DNA of 62,975 nucleotides, the filler included, from Octopus bimaculoides (Eukaryota), in the NCBI RefSeq assembly GCF_001194135.2. It is 7 parts of 7 records of this genome, joined end to end, with 100 filler letters (N's around TTAATTAATTAA, not from the genome) between each part and the next. Parts side by side here need not be neighbours in the genome. Positions count along the whole stretch, not along the records: positions 1 to 15,143 come from NC_068981.1; positions 15,244 to 27,100 come from NW_026336132.1; 5 more parts are not named here. The stretch is one strand, 5' to 3'. Under the pieces are notes generated by a model, which saw nothing but the letters and a program-made list of their open reading frames with translations, made no database searches and had not been told where the DNA came from. The position numbers were made by a program, and so were the translations under genes. Positions within the stretch are counted from its first letter, which is position 1; each line of letters begins with the position of its first letter. This document shows, piece by piece, positions 11,915 to 22,411 of this stretch.

Positions 11915-12480
11915 TTACAGAAAGCTCTTCAATAGACATAACTTAAAAGTCAGTTTTAGCTTAACTACTAATTTTAAATATATAATCGCACACAACACAC
12001 AAAAACAACGAAATGAAATCAGCTGTTCATGCAGGGATAAAAATTTGTACCCACTAAATGGAGCTTGCATGTCCGAAACCATCATTTATGAAGCCACCGT
12101 AGACTCTAGAACCACTAAGGACACAGTTTCATCAAAGAAATATATGGGTCTCACAGAGGGAAATCTTAAAACCAGGTTCAACAATCGTACCTTGAGTTTC
12201 TAACAATTGGAAAAAAGAAAAACAACCAAATTATCAAGTTATATATGGTCCTTAAAAGAAAAAGGTGTCAATTACAACATCCATTGGAAGATCTTAGCCA
12301 AGGGTAAGCCTTACACCAACGGCAGTGGAAAGTGCGGTCTTTGTGATATGGAAAGATGGCTCATCTGGAAGAGCAGTTTAGACCCCACTACATGTCTAAA
12401 TTCAAGAACTGAAATTTTTGCATCTTGTCCATATATGGCTAAATATTTGTTACGTTTTTGGTCCTCTCAAAATCACAGAT
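11915..12480 (+). mobile_element. Penelope-like element 3' fragment encoding a GIY-YIG endonuclease (one in-frame stop)
   Basis: KLFNRHNLKVSFS...SCSCRDKNLYPLNGACM..IIYEATV...YMGLTEGNLKTRFNN..SF*...TKLSSYIWSLKE...WKIL...CGLC.ME...LNSRTEIFASCPY. Confidence 0.9.
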
Positions 12481-12775
12481 AGAACCTGCTTTTTATATTG
12501 TGTCCACGTACAAGCATTTTATCTCTATATATTTTTCATATATATATATTTTTTACATATTTTTATTTATTTTTATATATTGTTACTGCTTTCTATATTA
12601 TTATATAATTTTTCTATTACCTTTCGCCCTGCAATTTTTTGTGCATTTGTGTATATAGACGTGTGTATGAATATAATTGTGTGCCTATGAGTATGTGTAG
12701 GTGTGTGTGTGTGTTTGCGTGTGTGCGGATACGTACATATGAACACGTGTATGGTTGCATATATATGTGCACATA

Positions 12776-12810
<35 letters not shown>

Positions 12811-13460
12811 ATGTATGTATTTCACACGAATGTGAGTGAGCATATGCACATATGCACACATGCGCGGGTGTGCATGTGCGCATGTGTATGTATGTATGTA
12901 CATGCGCGCATACGCGAATTCTATGAGCGTTTTTACTTTCTCCCCCTCGGGTTTTTTCCTTTTATTTAATGGTCATTCTAATAGTTCTTGTGTTTGTCTT
13001 AATAACAGTCATCTACATAATAATTTCCCTTTGTTTAACGGTCATTTTCATAGCATTTTTGTATGTCTAAATAACTGACGAGATGCCGGAGCAGATTTCA
13101 GCCCCAATATCCAAAACTCGGAGTTATATTATGGCAACCGAATAATTGCCACATGTGTTACAGATAAATTCCTCTATTTACATAATAACGAGGTCTCATT
13201 CATTGTTTTTTGTCATGCTATTACTATATATATGTATATATATATNNNNNNNNNNNNNNNNNNNNNNNNNNNNNNNNNNNNNNNNNNNNNNNNNNNNNNN
13301 NNNNNNNNNNNNNNNNNNNNNNNNNNNNNNNNNNNNNNNNNNNNNNNNNNNNNNNNNNNNNNNNNNNNNNNNNNNNNNNNNNNNNNNNNNNNNNNNNNNN
13401 NNNNNNNNNNNNNNNNNNNNNNNNNNNNNNNNNNNNNNNNNNNNNNNNNNNNNNNNNNNN

Positions 13461-13678
13461 GTGTGTGTGTGTGTGAGTCTGTGTTTGTCCATCCACCATC
13501 GCTTGATAACCGATGCTGGTGTGTTTACATCCCGTAACTTATCCGTTCGGCAAAGAGACCAATAGAATAAGTACTAGGCAGACAAAGAATAAGCTCTGGG
13601 GTCGATTTGTTCGACTAAAGGCGGTGCTCCGGCATGGCCACAGTCAAATGACTGAAACAAATAAAAGAATAAAAGAAC
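13461..13678 (+). mobile_element. SINE family A right half
   Basis: tgtttgtccatccaccatcgcttgat...gactgaaacaaataaaagaataaaagaa, directly after an N gap. Confidence 0.8.
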
Positions 13679-13971
13679 AAAAATTCTGAGAAAGTAGGTT
13701 TGTGCATAATTATAAATTTATTGATCATAGTAGAATGTTCGGCATCATCATATAAATATATCGTCTCATTAAATTACAAATCCCTGTCCTCAGAAAAGAC
13801 AGTGGTCAACTCGATTAATCTTCTTAGAACACAAATCGTGAAGGAAGTAGCTTAGAGTTGCAAATAGAAACTTCATCGAATAACTCAGAAACTTGTTTTA
13901 ACTCATTTGGATATTAGACTCCTGCTGGTAGCAAGTTAATCGACTAATGTGTGCATGTGTGTGCATGTGTG

Positions 13972-14036
<65 letters not shown>

Positions 14037-14252
14037 NNNNNNNNNNNNNNNNNNNNNNNNNNNNNNNNNNNNNNNNNNNNNNNNNNNNNNNNNNNNNNNN
14101 NNNNNNNNNNNNNNNNNNNNNNNNNNNNNNNNNNNNNNNNNNNNNNNNNNNNNNNNNNNNNNNNNNNNNNNNNNNNNNNNNNNNNNNNNNNNNNNNNNNN
14201 NNNNNNNNNNNNNNNNNNNNNNNNNNNNNNNNNNNNNNNNNNNNNNNNNNNN

Positions 14253-14415
14253 CCACACTACCGCTTGATGACTGATGCTTGTATGTTTACAAAAGACACC
14301 GATAGAATAAATAGCAGGTTCCAAAACGAATATAGGCATTCGGGTCGATTAGTTCGACCAAAAATTCCTCAAGGCAATGCCCCAGCATAGAAGCAGTCTA
14401 ATGATTAAAAGAAGT
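14253..14415 (+). mobile_element. SINE family A right half, decayed
   Basis: cgcttgatgactgatgct...gggtcgattagttcgacc...gccccagcat. Confidence 0.6.
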
Positions 14416-14633
14416 TGGAGGGGAAAAAAGTAGATGTTACAAATTTAAGCTCATCCTTTATGAAACCCTTTCTGTAAATCCCAGATTTTTCAATGTGGAA
14501 GGAAATACAGAACTCCTTGTTAATTACTGATGAGGAATTGTGTGAAAACCACCATTGTTGCACCTACCTAATTTCTTAACTTGTTATAAGTGGCTTCATC
14601 TTTTCGTTCATCTTTTTGATAATACAATCATAC

Positions 14634-14682
14634 CCAAGTGAAACTCGTGGAATTGTTCTTTGTCCGTTCTCAATATAAATCT
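14634..14682 (-). CDS. Candidate 49-nt exon (E3); RFILRTDKEQFHEFHL
   Basis: Strong acceptor cttcttttcgttaaaccacag|AGA, donor TTGG|GTATGA; phase 0 to phase 1. Confidence 0.35.
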
Positions 14683-14855
14683 CTGTGGTTTAACGAAAAG
14701 AAGTATTTACACAGCGAATTTCCATTCACATTTATTAAATCAACATGCGTAAACGTATGTATGCATGTATGTATGTATGCATCTAGCTAGCTAGCTAGTT
14801 CTCTATCTACCTACCCGTGTGTGTGAGCGTGTATATATATATATATATATATATA

Positions 14856-15143
14856 CTCTTTTACTCTTTTACTTGTTTCAGTCATTTGACTGCGGCCATG
14901 CTGGAGCACCGCCTTTAGTCGAGCAAATCGACCCCAGGACTTATTCTTTGTTAGCCTAGTACTTATTCTATCGGTCTCTTTTGCCGAACTGCTAAGTTAC
15001 GGGGACGTAAACACACCAGTATCGGTTGTCAAGCGATGTTGGGGGGACAAACACAGACACACACACACATATATATATATATATACATATATATACATAT
15101 ATACGACGGGCTTCTTTCAGTTTCCGTCTACCAAATCCACTCA
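14856..15143 (-). mobile_element. SINE family A, truncated by linker gap
   Basis: Near-consensus right half, internal TA tract and start of the left half. Confidence 0.85.
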
Positions 15144-15243
15144 NNNNNNNNNNNNNNNNNNNNNNNNNNNNNNNNNNNNNNNNNNNNTTAATTAATTAAN
15201 NNNNNNNNNNNNNNNNNNNNNNNNNNNNNNNNNNNNNNNNNNN
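15144..15243. other. Artificial 100-bp scaffold spacer (44 N + TTAATTAATTAA + 44 N)
   Basis: The same 12-mer between N runs recurs at 27145, 38408, 40674, 56138 and 61721; it has stops in all six frames. Confidence 0.9.
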
Positions 15244-15289
15244 ATATGTATATATATATGTATATATATATATATGTATATATATATAT

Positions 15290-15475
15290 GTGTTTGTGTC
15301 TGTGTTTGTCCTCCACAACCACTGTTGGTGTGTAATAGTTCCCGTAACTTAGGTCGGCAAAAAAGACTGATGGAATAAGTACCAGGTTTAGCAAAAACAA
15401 AGGTACTGAGATCTACTCATTCGACTGGCGGTGCCCCAGCACGACCGCAGACTAATGACTGAAACAAAAAGAAGA
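15290..15475 (+). mobile_element. SINE family A right half, decayed
   Basis: gtgtctgtgtttgtcctcc...gcggtgccccagcacgaccgcag...gactgaaacaaaaag. Confidence 0.7.
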
Positions 15476-15619
15476 TAACGAAATTTCTTGACAGTGACTG
15501 CAGACCGACGATGGGTCAGTTGGCCGAAACTCCGAAGACACAGTCAATGATATTCTTGTGTAGACGAAACTAGTCTAGTGATTCTAGATTCGCTCATGGG
15601 GTCGTTATTTACCCTGTCA

Positions 15620-15663
<44 letters not shown>

Positions 15664-15693
15664 NNNNNNNNNNNNNNNNNNNNNNNNNNNNNN

Positions 15694-15736
<43 letters not shown>

Positions 15737-15888
15737 TGTACTCTTCATACTGCATGCGGAGTTTTAACTCTTATTTTTTGCAATATAGGTGGCTCAACAC
15801 TCAGTCAAAATTAGTGAGGATTAAATTTTTCCTTTAAGGTCTCATAATGCGTCTAACAGTTTATATTGATTTTTTTATTAGATATATA

Positions 15889-16284
15889 GGCGCGGGCGTG
15901 GTTGTGTGGTAAGAAGCTTGCTTCCTAGCCACATAGTTCCGGGTTCAGTCCCACTGTGTAGCATGTTGGGCAAATGTCTTCTTCTATAGTTTTGGGCCGA
16001 CTAAAGCCTTGTGAGCAGATTTAGTAGATAGTAACTAAAAGAATCCCATCGTGTGTGTGTGTGTGTATAAATATGTGTGTATATATTTGTGTGTGTGTGT
16101 GTGTGTTTGACAACTGATGTTGGTATGTTTACATCCCCGTAACTTAGCGGTTCGGCAAAAGGGACCGATCGACTATGTAGTAGGCTTACAAAGAATAAGT
16201 CCTGGGGTCGATTTCTTCGACTAGAAAACCCTTTAAGGCGATGCTCCAGCATGGCCGCAGTCAAATGACTGAAACAAGTAAAAG
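15889..16284 (+). mobile_element. SINE family A, full copy
   Basis: Head, CORE-like segment, internal TG tract, right half and tail are all present. Confidence 0.85.
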
Positions 16285-16288
16285 TGTG

Positions 16289-16329
<41 letters not shown>

Positions 16330-16978
16330 TCTCTCTTTCCTTTTCCGAGCGTCCAATAACACTATCCGTATCACGTCCTCACTNNNNNNNNNNNNNNNNN
16401 NNNNNNNNNNNNNNNNNNNNNNNNNNNNNNNNNNNNNNNNNNNNNNNNNNNNNNNNNNNNNNNNNNNNNNNNNNNNNNNNNNNNNNNNNNNNNNNNNNNN
16501 NNNNNNNNNNNNNNNNNNNNNNNNNNNNNNNNNNNNNNNNNNNNNNNNNNNNNNNNNNNNNNNNNNNNNNNNNNNNNNNNNNNNNNNNNNNNNNNNNNNN
16601 NNNNNNNNNNNNNNNNNNNNNNNNNNNNNNNNNNNNNNNNNNNNNNNNNNNNNNNNNNNNNNNNNNNNNNNNNNNNNNNNNNNNNNNNNNNNNNNNNNNN
16701 NNNNNNNNNNNNNNNNNNNNNNNNNNNNNNNNNNNNNNNNNNNNNNNNNNNNNNNNNNNNNNNNNCTGTCCGTATGTATGTATGTATGTATGTGTGTGTG
16801 TGTGTGTGTGCGTGTGTATTTTTTAATACTCATTTTACACACTGTCTCAAATATCAACTTTAGTCAAATTGCTTTATATATGTTTTACAAAAAAAAACAA
16901 CTTGATACGCATTTAATTGGAGAATCGCCATCTTGTTTGGATTATTGGTTGTTGTGTTGGGAAACTAATACATACATA

Positions 16979-17372
16979 GGCACGGGTGTGGCTGTGTGGT
17001 AAGAAGCTTGCTTCCCAGCTACATGGTTCCGGGTTCAGTCCCACTGCGTGGCACTTGGGCAAATGTCTTCTACTATACCCTCGGGCCGACCAAAGCCTTA
17101 TGAGTGGATTTAGTAGACGGAAACTGAAAGAAGCCCATCGTGTGTGTATATATATATATAGATATATATATATGTATGTTTGTGTCTGTTTCTCCCCCGT
17201 CGCTTGACAGTCGATGTTGGTGTGTTTAATTCCTCGTAACGTAGCGGTTCGGCAAAAGCGACCGATAGAATAAGTACTAGGCGTACAGAGAATGTCCTGG
17301 GATCGATTTGGTAGACTAGAGGCAGTGCTCCAGCAAGGCCGCAGTCAAATGACTGAGACAAAAGAATAAAAT
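16979..17372 (+). mobile_element. SINE family A, full copy
   Basis: Same organisation as 15889-16284. Confidence 0.85.
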
Positions 17373-17718
17373 GAAGGAAAAATACAAATGCGTGCGTGTG
17401 TGTGCCTATGTACGTGTGTGTTTCGTGTGCGTGCGTGCGTGTGTGCTTATGCATGTATGTGTTGCGTATAAATTGTTGATTTTATACGAATCTATAAACT
17501 TCAAGAGAAGAGAAAATCTTGTATCTTCAAAGAGATAAGCTATAAATATCTCCTGTCAAATATATCGCACAAGTCCTGAAATTCTCGGTGAGGCAGGGAT
17601 CAGTCTAATATATTGACCTCCCTGTTTAACTCGTACTTACCGATTCCGAGCAGACGACAGGTATTTAACGCAGTGTTTTGTGTTCTAACACAACCTTCAC
17701 GTCGGAGATAAAGACCAC

Positions 17719-17852
17719 CTTCTGATACATATAGTTTTCGTAGTTTGAAACAAGTGAGAGAAAACGATTATTGTGAACGGTTTCCATGTGCTGAATAATT
17801 TGCTGAAGTTCGACTACCAAGTGTGAAACTGGGACAGATTCCATCGCTGTAT
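17719..17852 (-). CDS. Candidate exon (E2); TAMESVPVSHLVVELQQIIQHMETVHNNRFLSLVSNYENYMYQK
   Basis: Acceptor ttaatctttttgacag|AT; non-repetitive protein-like open frame. The donor AAG|GTGGTC is weak; the alternative AAG|GTTGTG at 17695 is also phase 0. Without splicing the frame stops at 17665. Confidence 0.4.
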
Positions 17853-18082
17853 CTGTCAAAAAGATTAAATTTAGATGTCTGTTAGCCTCTCTTAGAAAAG
17901 CTTGCTTCCAGTGTGTCTGTGTGCGTGTGTGTGTATAAGTAAATAAATAAATGTGTGCGTGTTTGTGCGCGCTAAGTTTGATGTTCGAAGCTAATTTATG
18001 AAAACTAACGAAACATTTACTGATAAGGTGACTCAATACTTTCAAGGGTAATTTGAAGTTACAGTCAACACAGGTTTAACAA

Positions 18083-18084
<2 letters not shown>

Positions 18085-18165
<81 letters not shown>
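18085..18165. repeat. (TATC)n tetranucleotide microsatellite
   Basis: Direct inspection. Confidence 0.95.
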
Positions 18166-18167
<2 letters not shown>

Positions 18168-19649
18168 CGTTATATTCGCGTTCACTATGANNNNNNNNNN
18201 NNNNNNNNNNNNNNNNNNNNNNNNNNNNNNNNNNNNNNNNNNNNNNNNNNNNNNNNNNNNNNNNNNNNNNNNNNNNNNNNNNNNNNNNNNNNNNNNNNNN
18301 NNNNNNNNNNNNNNNNNNNNNNNNNNNNNNNNNNNNNNNNNNNNNNNNNNNNNNNNNNNNNNNNNNNNNNNNNNNNNNNNNNNNNNNNNNNNNNNNNNNN
18401 NNNNNNNNNNNNNNNNNNNNNNNNNNNNNNNNNNNNNNNNNNNNNNNNNNNNNNNNNNNNNNNNNNNNNNNNNNNNNNNNNNNNNNNNNNNNNNNNNNNN
18501 NNNNNNNNNNNNNNNNNNNNNNNNNNNNNNNNNNNNNNNNNNNNNNNNNNNNNNNNNNNNNNNNNNNNNNNNNNNNNNNNNNNNNNNNNNNNNNNNNNNN
18601 NNNNNNNNNNNNNNNNNNNNNNNNNNNNNNNNNNNNNNNNNNNNNNNNNNNNNNNNNNNNNNNNNNNNNNNNNNNNNNNNNNNNNNNNNNNNNNNNNNNN
18701 NNNNNNNNNNNNNNNNNNNNNNNNNNNNNNNNNNNNNNNNNNNNNNNNNNNNNNNNNNNNNNNNNNNNNNNNNNNNNNNNNNNNNNNNNNNNNNNNNNNN
18801 NNNNNNNNNNNNNNNNNNNNNNNNNNNNNNNNNNNNNNNNNNNNNNNNNNNNNNNNNNNNNNNNNNNNNNNNNNNNNNNNNNNNNNNNNNNNNNNNNNNN
18901 NNNNNNNNNNNNNNNNNNNNNNNNNNNNNNNNNNNNNNNNNNNNNNNNNNNNNNNNNNNNNNNNNNNNNNNNNNNNNNNNNNTATATATATATAACTTCG
19001 ATGTCGGAAAGGCTTTCAACCTTCTACGCCAATAAACTATTATTGTTCCTTAAAGTTGTTCTTTATGCCTACCACGGACTGCTCGAAGCCTACTAACTTC
19101 CTATATATATAATATAATGTACATATATGTATATAAACATTTCTTTTGCAGGCAGAGTATAAATCCACTTGATTTCTGTAAAATAAAGTACCGAAATAAA
19201 CAAAAGCACGAAATATATTCATTTCAATAGTATAAAGTGTAAGAGACACTGATTCTAGTTTCGATTTCAAGATAGTTGGTACAATGCCAAGTATAAAGGC
19301 TCTAGCATGGTTCTAACAACTTCAAGCGTTTTCCTGTAATCAAGTCACATCAAAACTAGGTTTCCGCAGACTTGCAATATAATCTTTAAGGAATTAATAA
19401 AATTTAAACAAGTATTTCACTTTTAGTTTCTATGGAATTGGGGTTTAATTCTGAGCAATAATATCCATCTGTGTAATGAGAAAACCAGTTTGGTGCATCA
19501 CTTTTGCTAGTTGTTTTAGGTGCTCATACTATTCAGAGCAGACATAGACGCTCTCTCACCTTTCACCTTGCTGAGCGGCACATTGAGAATCTCTCTCTCT
19601 CCAGCCACAACTGATAGATAGATAGATAGATAGATAGATAGAGAGAGAG

Positions 19650-19802
19650 AGCGTTTCACCAGTTGGTACTAATTTACAGCTGAGCAGATTAGAACAACTT
19701 GACGTGAAAAACCTTGCTCAGAAACAATTCGGTGCTTAGTTCAAGATTCGAACTCACAGGCTTCTGAACGTGAACCTAACATGTTAACCACAAGGCCACG
19801 CA
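19650..19802 (-). mobile_element. Old CORE/MIR-like tRNA-derived SINE
   Basis: Minus strand: tggccttgtggttaac (A box), gagttcgaatc (B box), ctgagcaagg...ctcagctgtaaattagtacc. Confidence 0.6.
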
Positions 19803-20013
19803 TCAGCCTTGTACCATTTAGTTACGGCCTTTTAGCGACAGTTTCAGATTTTCGAGTGTACGTTCCTACGCGCATTCAGTCATACCAGAAAGTTTTCTTT
19901 TCGGAACACTAACATGATTTAAAATATTCTTGATAAGGTGCTCCCTTTTGCCTGATATTCCGTTCCCCTCCATTCTACTGTACACACCTTGTTGACATTA
20001 CTTGCAAACTTAC

Positions 20014-20038
20014 GCCCAACCGAGGATCGTTGAAGCAT
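20014..20038 (-). CDS. Candidate first coding segment (E1); MLQRSSVG, within a candidate exon 20014-20121
   Basis: Acceptor ctgattttcag|CG at 20121, donor GGGC|GTAAGT. All frames are closed upstream of the ATG, so the rest of the exon would be 5' UTR. Confidence 0.3.
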
Positions 20039-21339
20039 CAGTTTTTCGCTGAGTGAGGTTCTCGCTCAACGTTTTTACTTCGTGCAACGGAATTATTCAA
20101 TGTCCCTCAAATGTCTTGGCGCTGAAAATCAGTGTGCATATTTGAAGGTTGAATTGTTGTCTTTTAAAAGAAAGACGCCACCAGGACTCGTTTTATAAAT
20201 GATATTGAAGTATGAACTTTCAATAATTGAGTCTTTCAATGTCTTTGAAGAAAAATTTAATAATTCTGCATCATAAATATTTTAGCGTTTAAAAACACTG
20301 AGCTTATTAGAAAGATTATTTTTTGACAAAAAGAAATGAATAAAAGATAATAAAAAATGACTCGGTGTTCATTTTACAAGTGATGACGATACATAAATGT
20401 TCATCTGTACACTGTAGCTATTGTAGAGCCTATACCGTGGGCATTGAAGCTATCACCATGGTGTTTAGATGAAAAACTTCATTATACAAATACGTGTTTA
20501 TTGTCTAGTTCGTGTTATCAATTGTTTTCATATGGTCTTTAGTAATAAATTCGATAACTTTCTGCATGAAATATGTTGAATTTCTCCCCATCTCCGACTC
20601 TTGTCAAAACAGTTATTAGTTTTCTAATAATAGTTTAAAAGAATTTGGAAATATTCTACTCAATCGTTTATATATGGAAATACGTGTGTGATCAGTCGTC
20701 GTGATAATGACGTCGGCCATTTCGTTTTTCTTTTTGTCAATAGTTATGGTAGCTTTTGGCTCATTCGGGGAATTCTTTAGAAAATCGATTGATAATACGG
20801 CAGTTGGCGTGGTAGTCGTTATCTGAGACAGACATTTGTAGAAATTGCTTAACTGTGAAATTTAGGCTAAAGTTTTCTTTAACCCCCTTCATACAGGCGA
20901 GCAGAAGTACGTCCTTGGAATTTTTGATTTAACTGGAATGAATCTTAATTTAATTCGGAAAAACGAAGTGAATGGGCTGGAATAATTACATCTTCGATAG
21001 CTCATAGAATTAAGGCTGCTGTTGCAACCAATAAAAGCCGTGATATACTCAGTGAAATTTCATGCTGAGAGAGATGATAGTTTTCTTTTCTCTGCTTTTA
21101 TATCTAGCCTGAGCAGCGCTACAATGTTGCATACATTACAGGACAGAAATAGAGATAGATAGATAGATAGGTAAATAGATAGATTGATAAATAAATAAAT
21201 AGATAGATAGAGAGAAAGAATCAGGACCTTAGGCTTCGTGATGTAATAAAATATTGAAATTTATTCTATTGAATTGTTCATCTCTACCTTTCTACGCTGT
21301 TGACTTGGCTTATGTACTTAATTTTACCAAATTAGGCAA

Positions 21340-22015
21340 TATAAAAAAATAAAGATAACTCGCGCAGGATTTGAACTCAGCTGTAAAAGGCAGTTAGTCC
21401 AATCCTCCACTGTCTCTGCTATCCTAATAATAATAATAATAATGATAATAATCCTTTCCTCTAAAGGCACAAGGCCTGAAATTTGGGGGGAGAGGTCTAG
21501 ACGATTGCATCGACTCCAGTGTTTCACTGCTAACTAATTTTTTCGACCCCAAAAGGATGAAAAGCAAAGTTGACCACGGCGAAATTTGAACTCAGAACGT
21601 AAGGACAGACGAAATACCACTAAGCATATTGCCCGGCGTGCTGACGGTTCTGTCAGCTTGCCGCCTTAATAATAATAATAATAATAATTATTATAATAAT
21701 AATAATAATAATTCTTTTATAGGCACAAGGCCTAAAATTTGGTGGGCGTGGACTAGTCGATTATATCGACCCCGAAGGATAAAAGGCAAAGTCGACCTCG
21801 ACGGAATTAGAACTCAGAACGCAGCGACGGGCGAAATACCGCTAAGCATTTCGCCCGGTGTGCTAACGATTCTGCCAGCTCAATAGTAATAATAATGGTT
21901 TCAAATTTTGGCACAAGGTCATCAATTTCGGGGAAGGGGTTAAGTCGATTACTTCGACACCAATGTTTAACTGGTACTTCGTTTATGGACTTCAGAAGGA
22001 TTTGAACTCTGGCCG
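21340..22015 (-). mobile_element. Head-to-tail cluster of SINE family B copies separated by (AAT)n
   Basis: Two near-complete copies (about 21453-21666 and 21712-21880) plus two partial ones, each bounded by AAT tracts. Confidence 0.85.
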
Positions 22016-22305
22016 AATTAATAACGTCACAGGAAGTAAGCTGTAACCAGTGAAGTGTGAGGAAATGGGCGAGTTAGAAAATAAGTGGGCTAATGACTAA
22101 AGTAGTACAAGCTTGACTCATGGAGATAAATTGTGAATGAGTGGTTGTTTTTGAAGAGTGTATGAAACGGTTAGGTATGAGTGAATAGCCAGCTACAAAT
22201 GACAGACGTTGCTGCTAAGAAGGTGAATCAGTGGAAAGCGAAGTATGTGTTTAACGAATAAATATTTTAACGAAAACTATGAGGTTTTCACTCGATTGCT
22301 ATGTA

Positions 22306-22337
<32 letters not shown>

Positions 22338-22346
22338 ACAGACACA

Positions 22347-22411
<65 letters not shown>

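Noticed and set aside
12201-12206. Recoded (selenocysteine) stop in the PLE endonuclease
   Set aside because: The stop is TAA, not TGA, and the element is a truncated decayed copy.
21340-22015. CRISPR-like repeat-spacer array
   Set aside because: The units are ~200-bp SINEs separated by microsatellites, in eukaryotic context with no cas genes.
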